Source: Rhodospirillales bacterium (lineage in GTDB: Bacteria; Pseudomonadota; Alphaproteobacteria; Kiloniellales; JACOMY01). Taken from it: a DNA stretch of 64,000 nucleotides. The stretch covers positions 5,029,133-5,093,132 of the forward strand of contig OY770029.1 of the NCBI GenBank assembly GCA_963669445.1, written 5' to 3'. Position numbers and translations under genes: made by a program. The notes below the pieces were generated by a model. That model made no database searches. It worked only from the letters and a program-made list of their open reading frames with translations, and was not told the origin of the DNA. Shown in pieces: positions 1-10,227 of the stretch (positions within the stretch are counted from its first letter, which is position 1; every line of letters begins with the position of its first letter).

Positions 1-253
1 GGTCGCGGCCGGTACGGTGAAGTCCAAAACGACGTCGCTGGCGGAAAAAAGCGCTTCGGGATCCTCACTCGGCAGCAAGCCCAGTGCCGGCAGACCTGCG
101 AAGATCCCGAGATCCTGACCGGCAACGGCATCGCTCGGCTGACATGATCCAGCAGTGACACGACAGCCCGACGTCTCTCCGGCCGCTTTGATCAGCATCC
201 GCCCCATCCGTCCGCCGGCGCCGGCAACCCCGATCCTGATCTCTTCCGCCATG
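1..253 (-). CDS. dapB: 4-hydroxy-tetrahydrodipicolinate reductase, N-terminal part (gene runs off the window start)
   Basis: Not in the ORF track because there is no stop in the window. The reverse complement from the ATG at 253-251 reads MAEEIRIGVAGAGGRMGRMLIKAAGETSGCRVTAGSCQPSDAVAGQDLGIFAGLPALGLLPSEDPEALFSASDVVLDFTVPAAT. It has the GxxGxxG Rossmann start and the DVVIDFT-like motif typical of DapB. Confidence 0.8.
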
Positions 254-564
254 GTGCATCCTCCGCTACAGGCTGTCGCCGCAGCATGTCGTCAAACTTC
301 GAGGTAGGCCAGTCCGGCAAAACGCTGCAGGACGCCGCAGGCCAAGCGTCACCGATCAAGGCTAACCCCTGGGCGAATTCCTGATCTTTCAAGCCTTTGC
401 GGCCGACGCAACTTGGAAGGGTTCCAACGAGATCAGCAAGCATCAAAAATGCAAGCCCAAAATTCGCTTGCCAGCTGCCACGATCATTTCGTACATGCGA
501 CGAACCTGTGGCCAATCGGCCAAAGTCTAGCGAAATTGTGTCGGTCGAACGAGGTGCCCTCCCA

Positions 565-1140
565 ATGCGGATTCTGCTCAGCGTCGTGCTTCTCTCTCTG
601 GTTTGGATCGGTTCCGCACAAGCAGAGGGGGTTAGCGGTCCCTGGGGTATGAATCTGAGCAGCAGTCCTCAAACCGTCGCGGTCAAACGCACGCTTGCGC
701 TTCCCAAGGATGCCGAACTTGCGGTGCGCTATCTGAAGCCGACGGTAATCCGCAACCAGAACTATTGGTGCGTGCCCTACGCCCGCGCGGTCTCCGGCAT
801 CTCGATTCGCGGCAACGCCTGGACCTGGTGGCGCGGCGCAGAAGGTCGCTACGCGCGCGGTTCTCAGCCCGAGATTGGATCGGTGATCGTCCTGAAGAAG
901 ATCCGCTCCATGCGCTTGGGCCACATCGCCACCGTATCGGAGATCATCAACGACCGAATGGTCCGCGTCGACCATGCCAACTGGGTGCGCGGCGAGATCC
1001 ATCGCGGCTCTTTGATCAAAGACGTTTCCGCCGGTGGCGACTGGTCACGCGTGCGCGTCTGGTACCCGCCGACCGACGACTTCGGCACCACGACCTATCC
1101 GGTCTACGGCTTCGTCTATCCGCGCGCGGCCGGGTCGTAA
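565..1140 (+). CDS. Secreted CHAP-domain (NlpC/P60-like amidase/peptidase) protein
   Basis: Internal ATG of ORF 397..1140. Signal peptide MRILLSVVLLSLVWIGSAQA. CHAP-like catalytic Cys context YWCVPYAR and His context RLGHIATV. Confidence 0.8.
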   Translation: MRILLSVVLLSLVWIGSAQAEGVSGPWGMNLSSSPQTVAVKRTLALPKDAELAVRYLKPTVIRNQNYWCVPYARAVSGISIRGNAWTWWRGAEGRYARGSQPEIGSVIVLKKIRSMRLGHIATVSEIINDRMVRVDHANWVRGEIHRGSLIKDVSAGGDWSRVRVWYPPTDDFGTTTYPVYGFVYPRAAGS

Positions 1141-1218
1141 GGCAAACCGACGAATAAGGCGCCATCCGCTAGGATCGACCAGGACCGCAGACTAAGCGGT
1201 CTCGTCTCAGCCTTACTC

Positions 1219-2013
1219 TTGATTCTTGGACTCTGTGCCGGCGCACAGCATTTGCGTGCGGCCGAAGTCGAGCTGGAATTGGTCCTGCTGGCCGATACCT
1301 CCTCCTCCATTCGAGGGACCGAGTTCGATCTGCAGGTCCAAGGCTATGCTGGGGCCTTTCGCGATCCCGAGGTCATAGAGGCCATCCTGAATCTGGGCGG
1401 CAACGGCATCGCAGTCACCTTCGTGCAGTGGAGCGCGCATTTTCAACAGCTGGACAGCGTTGGTTGGACCCATCTGCGCACGGCCGCCGATTCCAGAGCC
1501 TTCGCCGATGCCATTCACAGCCAAGCCCGACGCTTTCAGGGCTTCGGCACGGCGACCGGCAACGCCATGGAGTACGGCGGCGAGATCCTGCAGAAGAACA
1601 GCTTCGACAGCGCTCGCCAGATCCTCGACATCAGCTCCGACGAGCGCTCCAACCAGGGGCCGCATCCAATGAACATCCGGCGCAAGCTGTTGGCGCAGGG
1701 GATCACCATCAACAGCCTGGCGATCCTGGACGACCACTTCGACATGCTAGGCTACTTCCGCAACTATGTGATCGGCGGCCCGGATGCCTTCGTGATCGCG
1801 GTGGAGGGCTATGACGACTTCGCCGAAGCCATCAAGCTGAAACTGGTCCGCGAGATCTCCGGCCAGCCGGTGGCCGGCATGACAAAGTCGCGTCCGACTC
1901 TAGCCAATCTTTTCCAGTACCAGACAGCGCCACTGCCCCAGATCGCGCGCGCTCACCAGCCTGAGTCCAGCCGCTTCGTGCGCCTTCAAGACCGCCTCGC
2001 CCTCACGCGTTAG
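1219..2013 (+). CDS. DUF1194 / von Willebrand factor A-like domain protein
   Basis: VELELVLLADTSSSI (MIDAS-like DxSxS), AVTFVQWS and ITINSLAIL match the DUF1194/vWA pattern. The only candidate start is the TTG at 1219, inside a signal-like hydrophobic stretch. The 3' end overlaps convergent prmA. Confidence 0.7.
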   Translation: MILGLCAGAQHLRAAEVELELVLLADTSSSIRGTEFDLQVQGYAGAFRDPEVIEAILNLGGNGIAVTFVQWSAHFQQLDSVGWTHLRTAADSRAFADAIHSQARRFQGFGTATGNAMEYGGEILQKNSFDSARQILDISSDERSNQGPHPMNIRRKLLAQGITINSLAILDDHFDMLGYFRNYVIGGPDAFVIAVEGYDDFAEAIKLKLVREISGQPVAGMTKSRPTLANLFQYQTAPLPQIARAHQPESSRFVRLQDRLALTR

Positions 2014-2781
2014 CAGGCCGGCCAGTATCGCTAGGCCGCCCGGCGCCAGATGCGCGGCCAGGGCCGGCGCGAAAGCGATCAAAGGCTTGGCCAGGATGTT
2101 AGAGAAGATCAGGTCGTAGGGTGCCGCCGCCCCGATCGCCGGATCGCCATAGCCATCGCCTGCGAGCGCCGTCACCTGGTCTGCCACCCCGTTCAGCGCC
2201 GCATTCTCCGCCGCCACCCGCACGGATTCGCCATGAATGTCGCTCGCCAACACCCGGCAGGGCCAGAGCTTCGCTGCTGCCATCGCCAGAATTCCGGAGC
2301 CGCAGCCCATATCCAGCACCTTGGCAACACCTTGGCGCTCCGCAATCTCCGAGAGCGCTTCCAGACAGCCTTGCGTCGACTCGTGATGCCCGCTGCCAAA
2401 GGCCAGCGCCGCCTCCACCTGGAGTGCAATCAGCCCCTCCGGCGGGGTGTCGCGGACATGCTGGCCATAGACATAGAAGCGCCCGGCCGAGAGCGCTGGC
2501 AGGCTCTTGTGCACCTCCTCCAACCAGTCCTTTTCGGGCAGGGCTTCGATCGCCATCTCGACGGCCGGCAGATCGAAAGCATCCAAGACAGCATTGACCC
2601 CAACCTGGAGGGCAACCGCATCCACCTCCGGCGGCAACGTCAGTTCCAAGGGCACTGGATCGGGATCGCCCTCAAGGTCGGCCCAAAGTGCGGCTCCGGC
2701 CGAGGTCGCAAGCTCGTCTATCGCCGGAAGTGCAATCTTCGGCACGGCGAGGCGAGCGAGACGGAGGTTGGCATTACTCAA
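1900..2781 (-). CDS. prmA: Ribosomal protein L11 methyltransferase
   Basis: 293 aa with AFGSGHHESTQGCLE and the SAM motif VLDMGCGSGILAMAAA, then DLIFSNILAKPL. TTG start 6 nt after the helicase stop, with GGAG upstream. Confidence 0.85.
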   Translation of the reverse strand: MSNANLRLARLAVPKIALPAIDELATSAGAALWADLEGDPDPVPLELTLPPEVDAVALQVGVNAVLDAFDLPAVEMAIEALPEKDWLEEVHKSLPALSAGRFYVYGQHVRDTPPEGLIALQVEAALAFGSGHHESTQGCLEALSEIAERQGVAKVLDMGCGSGILAMAAAKLWPCRVLASDIHGESVRVAAENAALNGVADQVTALAGDGYGDPAIGAAAPYDLIFSNILAKPLIAFAPALAAHLAPGGLAILAGLLTREGEAVLKAHEAAGLRLVSARDLGQWRCLVLEKIG

Positions 2782-2787
2782 CAGGAA

Positions 2788-5049
2788 TCACTCCGCCTGA
2801 TCTGCCGGTACGACAAAATCCGCGATGATGCGCTTTTGCCCTGCCTTGTCGAAGAGGATGGTCAGCCTGTCGCCCTCGACGGTCTCGACCGAGCCATAGC
2901 CGAACTTGCGGTGGAAGACGCGCTCGCCGGGCGTGTGGCCGCCGATCGGCTCGACACGGACCGGGGTGATTTCCAAGAGGGGGGCGGCCTCGCCGCGGGC
3001 CTGGGCTCGGGCAAGGCCGGGGCTCAAGCGGCGGGTGTGCCAGCGCTGCAGGTCGGGCGAGAGGCTGCCTGAAGCGACCCAGGCATGGTCGCCGGCGCTG
3101 CCGTAGAGGCCCTGGTCACTCTCCCTCTCGACGCAGTCTTCGGGCAACTCATCCAGGAAGCGCGAGGGCAAGGTTGCGGTCCAGGAGCCGTGCAGGCGGC
3201 GGTTGGCGGCGAAGGAGAGGATGGCGCGCTGGCGTGCGCGGGTGAGCCCGACATAGGCCAGACGACGCTCCTCCTCCAGGCCTTTCAGGCCGTGTTCGTC
3301 CATAGCGCGCTGGTTGGGGAAGAGACCATCCTCCCAGCCCGGCAGGAAAACGGTCTCGAATTCCAGTCCCTTGGCGGCGTGCAGGGTCATGAGGGTGACC
3401 AGTTCCTCGCCATCCGTGCTGCTGCGCTCCATCACCAGGCTGACGTGTTCAAGGAAGCCGCCCAGGTTCTCGAACTCGGCCAACGCGACGATCAGCTCTT
3501 TGAGGTTCTCCAAGCGCCCCGGCGCTTCGGCCGACTTGTCCTGCTGCAGCATGCCGGTATAGCCGCTCTCGTCCAAGGCGATCTGTGCCACCTCGACGTG
3601 GCTGAACTCCTTGAGCAGATCGCGCCAGCGCGCGACGTCGGCCAGGAAGGCGGCCAGAGCCTTGCGGGCCTGCGGCCGCAGCTCCTCCGTCGTCACCAGC
3701 AGCTCCGCGGCGACGACCAGCGAGGTGCCGCGGGCACGGGCGGCCTGGTGCACGATCTGCAGGCTGGCCGTGCCCAAGCCGCGCTTGGGCTTGTTCACGA
3801 TACGCTCGAAGGCCAGATCGTCGCTCTCCGCATGGATCAGGCGCAGATAAGCCATCGCATCGCGGATTTCCTGGCGCTCGTAGAAGCGCAGGCCCCCGAC
3901 CACCCGGTAGGGCAAGCCCAGGGTCAGGAAGCGCTCTTCAAACTCCCGGGTCTGGGCACCGGTGCGGGTCAAGATCGCCATGGCGTCGAGCGAATGGCCT
4001 TTGGTCTGCAGCGCCTCGATCTCGTCGCCGACGAAACGGGCTTCGGCCTCGCCGTCCCAGAGGCCGCGCACGCGCAAGAGCTCGCCGGGATCATCCTCGG
4101 TCCAAAGCGTCTTGCCCAGCCGGCCTTCGTTGTGGGTGATGAGGTGCGAGGCCGCCTGCAAGATGCGCGCGGTGGAGCGGTAGTTGCGCTCTAGCCGCAC
4201 CACCAGGGCGCCGGGAAAGTCCTCCTCGAAGCGCAGGATGTTGCCGACCTCGGCGCCCCGCCAGGCATAGATCGCCTGATCGTCGTCGCCGACGCAGCAG
4301 AGGTTGCGGTGACCCTGCGCCAAGAGCCTGAGCCAGAGATACTGCGAGACGTTGGTGTCCTGATACTCGTCGACCAGGATATAGCGAAAGCGCTGTTGGA
4401 ACTCTTGCAGCACCTGCCCGTCGGTTTGAAACAGGGTCAAGCAGTGCAGCAGCAGATCGCCGAAATCGCAGGCGTTCAGCTCCAGAAGGCGCTGCTGATA
4501 GGCGGCATAGAGATCGGTGATCCGCCCAGCCGCCAGCTCGCCGCGTTCGGACTGCGGGATCTTGTCGGGCGTCTGGCCACGGTCCTTCCAGCGCTGGATG
4601 GCGTTCAAGAGAATGCGCGCCGGCCAGGCCTTGTCGTCGACGCTTTCCGCCGCCATCACCTGCTTCAGCAAGCGCAACTGGTCGTCGGTATCGAGGATGG
4701 TGAAACTGGGTTTCAAGCCGACCTTCTCGGCATGGCGGCGCAGCATGCGGGCGGCCAGCGCGTGGAAGGTGCCGAGCCACCAGCCCTCGACCGGGCGCCC
4801 CAGCATGCCGGCAATCCGCTCACGCATCTCCGCTGCGGCCTTGTTGGTGAAGGTGACGGCCAGCAGCTCGCCAGGCCGCGCCCTACCGGTCAGCAGAATA
4901 TGGGCCAAGCGCGTGGTCAAAACGCGGGTTTTGCCGGTGCCGGCGCCGGCCAGCACCAGCAAAGGACCATCCAGCGCCTCGACGGCTTGCGCTTGGGCCT
5001 CGTTCAGGCCCTGGAGGTAGGGCGGCTTGGTCTCGGCAGTGTCGGACAT
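2788..5049 (-). CDS. uvrD: UvrD/Rep/PcrA-type ATP-dependent DNA helicase
   Basis: Walker A AGAGTGKTRVLT, ILVDEYQDTN, TLHAAKGLEF and LAYVGLTRAR motifs, plus a C-terminal FHRKFGYGSV Tudor-like tail. Start taken at MSDTAETKPPYLQGLN. Confidence 0.9.
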   Translation of the reverse strand: MSDTAETKPPYLQGLNEAQAQAVEALDGPLLVLAGAGTGKTRVLTTRLAHILLTGRARPGELLAVTFTNKAAAEMRERIAGMLGRPVEGWWLGTFHALAARMLRRHAEKVGLKPSFTILDTDDQLRLLKQVMAAESVDDKAWPARILLNAIQRWKDRGQTPDKIPQSERGELAAGRITDLYAAYQQRLLELNACDFGDLLLHCLTLFQTDGQVLQEFQQRFRYILVDEYQDTNVSQYLWLRLLAQGHRNLCCVGDDDQAIYAWRGAEVGNILRFEEDFPGALVVRLERNYRSTARILQAASHLITHNEGRLGKTLWTEDDPGELLRVRGLWDGEAEARFVGDEIEALQTKGHSLDAMAILTRTGAQTREFEERFLTLGLPYRVVGGLRFYERQEIRDAMAYLRLIHAESDDLAFERIVNKPKRGLGTASLQIVHQAARARGTSLVVAAELLVTTEELRPQARKALAAFLADVARWRDLLKEFSHVEVAQIALDESGYTGMLQQDKSAEAPGRLENLKELIVALAEFENLGGFLEHVSLVMERSSTDGEELVTLMTLHAAKGLEFETVFLPGWEDGLFPNQRAMDEHGLKGLEEERRLAYVGLTRARQRAILSFAANRRLHGSWTATLPSRFLDELPEDCVERESDQGLYGSAGDHAWVASGSLSPDLQRWHTRRLSPGLARAQARGEAAPLLEITPVRVEPIGGHTPGERVFHRKFGYGSVETVEGDRLTILFDKAGQKRIIADFVVPADQAE

Positions 5050-5150
5050 AGCTTCCGTTATAGGAGTCCCCCGGCGGCTGTCGAGTGGATAAGCTCTCGT
5101 ATCCACAAGCCTTGACCTGCCGCGACCCAGAGGGCCCACTGCGCGCCGTC

Positions 5151-6692
5151 ATGAAGAGCCAACGCGGAGTCATTGCCGCCGGGCACGCGGTCACCGCCGA
5201 TGCAGGAGAGGAGATCCTGAGGGCAGGCGGCAATGCCTTCGATGCGGCCCTGGGTGCCGTCCTGGCTGCCTCGATCGCTGAGCCCGCCCTCTCCTCGCTT
5301 GGCGGCGGCGGCTTTCTGCTGGCTGCTGAGGCGGGGAAAGCGCCGCTTGTCTATGATTTCTTCGTGCAAACCCCCGGCCGGAAGAAGCCGCTGAAAGAGC
5401 TGGATTTCTACCCTGTTCAGGGCGATTTCGGCGGCGTCTTCCAAGAGTTTCATATTGGCCTGGCCTCCTCTGCCGTGCCAGGGCTCGTGCGAGGCCTCTT
5501 TGCGGTCCACCGGGACCTTGGCAGGATGCCAATGCGGGACATCCTGGCACCGGCCGCTCAGGCCGCCCGCGAGGGTGTGGTGACAAGCGCCTTTCAAGCC
5601 TTCATCTTGAACAGCGTCGTCCAACCGATCTTCGCCGGCAGCGAGGCCTGCATGGCGATCTACGGCAGCAACCGGCAGCCCGGAGCGCTGGCCCTAGAAG
5701 GAGAGCGCATTGCAAATCCTGAGCTGGCAGATGTCTTCGAGGCACTTGCCAGAGAGGGGCCCGACCTCTTCTACCACGGTGAGATTGCACAAGCGATCGA
5801 CCTGGCCATGCAGGAGGGCGGCCTGACGAGCATGCCCGATTTGGCGCGCTATGAGGTGATCCGCCGTCAGCCCTTGGAGATCGATTACCGCGGAGCCCGC
5901 ATCGCCATGAATCCGCCGCCGGCCGCAGGAGGGCTGTTGATTGCCTTCGGACTGAAGCTGCTGGAGCAGGCGGATTTGCAAGCAAGAGCACCCGGATCGG
6001 AAAACCATCTGCTGTTGTTGGCGGATGTGCTGCAGAAGAGCACGGAGGCTCGCGCAGAAATCGAAGCAACCGGCAGGGCGGCCGGGACGCTTGATGAGGC
6101 CCTCTTGCAGCGCTACCGCAGCGGCATTGGGGGGCACAGGCGCGCGCATCGCGGCACGACGCACATCAGCGTCATCGATCGCGACCGGAACATGGCTGCG
6201 CTCACCGTCACCAACGGGGAAGGCTGTGGCTTCGTCATTCCGGGAACCGGCATTCACATGAACAACATGCTGGGAGAAGAGGACCTGAACCCTCAGGGCT
6301 TCATGGCCTGGACACCGGACACGCGGCTTAGCTCGATGATGACGCCGACCACTCTGCAATGGCCGGACGGGCGTTTGGCAGCTTTGGGTTCGGGCGGGTC
6401 CAATCGCATCCGAACCGCGCTGCTGCAGTTGCTGGTCAACATGGTCGATTTCGAGATGCCTGCGGAAACGGCCGTCCGGCAGCCGCGCATTCACCTCGAC
6501 CGCGATGGCGTGCTGCAGCTCGAAGCCGGCTTCGACGCAGGTATGATTAGGCTTGCCGCGCGCTATCCGAACCTTAACCGCTGGGCGGACTTCAATCTCT
6601 ATTTCGGCGGCACCCATGTGGCCGCCCTGGGCGAGCGGGGGGTCGAGGGCGCGGGCGACCCCAGGCGCAACGGCGTGTGCAGGATCGTTTAG
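5151..6692 (+). CDS. ggt: Gamma-glutamyltransferase family protein (no obvious signal peptide)
   Basis: N-terminal GVIAAGHAVTADAGEEILRAGGNAFDAA, autoprocessing/catalytic Thr context RGTTHISVIDRDRN, and GGSNRIRTA near the C-terminus. Confidence 0.85.
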   Translation: MKSQRGVIAAGHAVTADAGEEILRAGGNAFDAALGAVLAASIAEPALSSLGGGGFLLAAEAGKAPLVYDFFVQTPGRKKPLKELDFYPVQGDFGGVFQEFHIGLASSAVPGLVRGLFAVHRDLGRMPMRDILAPAAQAAREGVVTSAFQAFILNSVVQPIFAGSEACMAIYGSNRQPGALALEGERIANPELADVFEALAREGPDLFYHGEIAQAIDLAMQEGGLTSMPDLARYEVIRRQPLEIDYRGARIAMNPPPAAGGLLIAFGLKLLEQADLQARAPGSENHLLLLADVLQKSTEARAEIEATGRAAGTLDEALLQRYRSGIGGHRRAHRGTTHISVIDRDRNMAALTVTNGEGCGFVIPGTGIHMNNMLGEEDLNPQGFMAWTPDTRLSSMMTPTTLQWPDGRLAALGSGGSNRIRTALLQLLVNMVDFEMPAETAVRQPRIHLDRDGVLQLEAGFDAGMIRLAARYPNLNRWADFNLYFGGTHVAALGERGVEGAGDPRRNGVCRIV

Positions 6693-6720
6693 GCAGCTGT
6701 GCTCGGTCTAGCGGCACTCT

Positions 6721-6906
6721 CTAACTATCGTCTCGCACGCGGCGTTTACCGTCCAAGCGCTGCGTCTCGAGCGTCGCGATGGCCTCGCGCTCGCGTCGCT
6801 CGGCCTTGCTCCGGCCGTGGCGCGCCCGATTTGCCTCGGCTTGTCGCGCTTTCTCCTCACGGGCCCGCATTTTGCGCTGTTGGCGCAGGTTCACCAGCTC
6901 CGCCAT
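6721..6906 (-). CDS. Small highly charged protein, DUF4169-like
   Basis: 61 aa MAELVNLRQQRKMRAREEKARQAEANRARHGRSKAERRE. It resembles the small alphaproteobacterial DUF4169 family (recalled from memory). It lies 6 nt downstream of the isomerase gene on the same strand. Confidence 0.55.
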   Translation of the reverse strand: MAELVNLRQQRKMRAREEKARQAEANRARHGRSKAERREREAIATLETQRLDGKRRVRDDS

Positions 6907-6912
6907 CGGAAC

Positions 6913-7515
6913 TCAGTCCTGCGCGCTCAAGAGGTCTTCGAGAAAGCTCAGGCGATCCTGACCCCAGAAGAGTTGCTCGCCGACGGCATAGGTGGGCGCC
7001 CCGAAGACGCCGCGCTCGACCGCCTCCTGGGTCAGTTCGGCCAGCCTGGTTTCCATGGTCGGCTCGATCGCCTTGGCCAGGATGGTGACACGGTGGTGCC
7101 CGGTCTCTTCGGCGATGTCCTGTAAGGTGCCGGTGTCGGCGACATTGCGCTCTTCGATCCAGACCGCACGACCGATGGCCTCGGCCAGACGCAGCGGATC
7201 GCCGCCGATATCGGCGGCGGCCAGCAGAAAGCGTGAGGCCAAGCCGTCGGGGGCCGAGGAGAAGGCCGGACGCAGGTTGATCGGAATGTCGAGGCGCTGG
7301 CGCCAGCGCTGCAGCTCCTGCAGGCGATAGGCCTGACGTTGCGGCGAGCGCTTGGGAAGCGGCAAGCCCCCGGTCTGCCCCAAGACCGCGCCAAAGTTCA
7401 CCGGCTTCACGTTCACTTGAGCACGATGGCGTTCGACGATCTCGCGAAATCGCCCGATGCCGAGAAAGGCCCAAGGGGATATCGGCGTCAAATAGTAGTC
7501 GACGACTTTGGACAT
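6913..7515 (-). CDS. 2-hydroxychromene-2-carboxylate isomerase / DsbA-fold kappa-GST-like protein
   Basis: 200 aa with YLTPISPWAF at the N-terminus and GVFGAPTYAVGEQLFWGQDRL at the C-terminus, typical of the HCCA isomerase family. Confidence 0.8.
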   Translation of the reverse strand: MSKVVDYYLTPISPWAFLGIGRFREIVERHRAQVNVKPVNFGAVLGQTGGLPLPKRSPQRQAYRLQELQRWRQRLDIPINLRPAFSSAPDGLASRFLLAAADIGGDPLRLAEAIGRAVWIEERNVADTGTLQDIAEETGHHRVTILAKAIEPTMETRLAELTQEAVERGVFGAPTYAVGEQLFWGQDRLSFLEDLLSAQD

Positions 7516-7671
7516 AGCTGGGTCTCCCTATTCCTGATCCACTTGGTTTCTCTCTAGCCCCGGCCCGGCCGCGCGACAACGAAGGCTTCCATCCAAAGTC
7601 CTTGGCACGCAGAGCCCGGTCGCCTGCGCCGCACGGCTTAGAGTCCGGCCCGAAACTGCTTGCGTCCTGCA

Positions 7672-7768
7672 TCGCTGCCGGAGCCACGCGTGTTAGGAAG
7701 GGTGGCGCCGGCGATGCCTTGCGCATCGTCAAGCCGGCGTGACGCGGCAAGCGTGGCTCCGGCAGCGA
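7672..7768. repeat. Long hairpin 1: 18-bp perfect inverted repeat enclosing a structured core
   Basis: TCGCTGCCGGAGCCACGC (7672-7689) pairs perfectly with GCGTGGCTCCGGCAGCGA (7751-7768). Inner stems are CGCCGGC/GCCGGCG and GATGC/GCATC. Confidence 0.9.
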
Positions 7769-7777
7769 CCCGAAGGG

Positions 7778-7875
7778 CCGTCTTATCAAGGCCTTGGGAC
7801 TGCGGCCTGCGCCGCTTACGATGCGCAAGGCATCGCCGCGCGACACTCTCCTTGCCCAAGGCCTTGATAAGACGG
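7778..7875. repeat. Long hairpin 2: 21-bp perfect inverted repeat; its core is an inverted copy of the hairpin 1 core
   Basis: CCGTCTTATCAAGGCCTTGGG (7778-7798) pairs perfectly with CCCAAGGCCTTGATAAGACGG (7855-7875). The core at 7818-7837 is the exact reverse complement of 7710-7729. Confidence 0.9.
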
Positions 7876-7906
7876 TGCAGGTCATAAGCAGTCTCGGGCC
7901 GGGCTC

Positions 7907-8545
7907 TTAGGGGTTGGAGATGACGTGCGTTTCCTTGGCAGCCTCAGCCTCCCACTCCAGGAAGAGCGGCCAAGAGAGCAGGGTCCGCGCATAGGCCGCC
8001 GCACGGCCTTGCAGAGGCACAGCATAGCTACGCAGGCGCGTGGCCACGGGTGCATAAAAGCAATCGGCCAGCGAGGGCGCCCCGAAGAGGAAATCACCCC
8101 CCTCGACCGGCGGCCGCGACCAGATTTGGGCAATACGCGCAACCTCCGCCGCCACCGCCTGGTCCAGCACGCGCGCCTCTATCGGGCAACCCAGATCCAT
8201 CGGCAGAGCCTTGCGCAACGCAGGAAAGCTGGAGTGCATCTCAGCGACCACGGCATAGGCCTCGGCCCGCAGCAACGGATCGGCCGGCCAGAGCCCTGCT
8301 TCGGGCTTTTGATCGGCCAGGTAGAGCCCGATTGCCAGACTGTCCCAAAGCGCCACCTCGCCATGCCTGAGAGTGGGTACGGTGCGACCCGGACTGGCCG
8401 CGGCCAGGGCCTCTTTGTAGCCCGGCTCGTCCAGCCAGATCACCTGGGTCTCCACTTCGAAACCCGCCAAGCGTACCGCCAGCCAACCGCGAAGCGACCA
8501 GGAGGAGTAACGCCTGTTGCCGATGGTGAGATGGACAGTGGCCAT
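7907..8545 (-). CDS. Glutathione S-transferase
   Basis: Start at MATVHLTIGNRRYSSWSLRGW. TVPTLRHGEVALWDSLAI is the GST N-terminal G-site pattern. A C-terminal helical domain is present. Confidence 0.85.
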   Translation of the reverse strand: MATVHLTIGNRRYSSWSLRGWLAVRLAGFEVETQVIWLDEPGYKEALAAASPGRTVPTLRHGEVALWDSLAIGLYLADQKPEAGLWPADPLLRAEAYAVVAEMHSSFPALRKALPMDLGCPIEARVLDQAVAAEVARIAQIWSRPPVEGGDFLFGAPSLADCFYAPVATRLRSYAVPLQGRAAAYARTLLSWPLFLEWEAEAAKETHVISNP

Positions 8546-8654
8546 TGCCGCGCTCCTCTGCGAGAGTGCCGCCGAAATCCGGCGGCCAGCGCTGTCCTGC
8601 CGCAAGGTCGGCCGTTTGTCTAGAGAAGGTAGGATGAGATCGGGAGACGAAGAA

Positions 8655-10043
<1,389 letters not shown>

Positions 10044-10227
10044 CCCGGCAAGTGTCACTTGGTACGGATACCCATCCGTCTGTCACATAACCGTTACAAT
10101 ATCGCAATGAAACTGCTGCTAGAGCGGTCATAGCCTTGGCCCAGGTCAGACAGGCACATTGGGTGGGGCGATAGCCTCGCCACAGTGCGTCCTGTCTGCA
10201 TCCCTTTGGAACCTGAGGCTGGTGGCC

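Noticed and set aside
2050-4194. Plus-strand ORFs of 340 and 369 aa
   Set aside because: They are antisense to prmA and the helicase gene and have no motifs.
6857-7885. 342-aa minus-strand ORF spanning the isomerase gene and the hairpin block
   Set aside because: It overlaps the convincing HCCA-isomerase gene in another frame. It runs through perfect inverted repeats, and its sequence is Arg/Pro/Ser/Gly-rich low-complexity.
7556-7910. Known housekeeping ncRNA (6S, SRP/4.5S, tmRNA, RNase P) as the explanation for the structured spacer
   Set aside because: I could not recognise any of the conserved motifs of these RNAs. Perfect 18- and 21-bp stems are unlike them. It is kept only as an unexplained repeat or structure finding.
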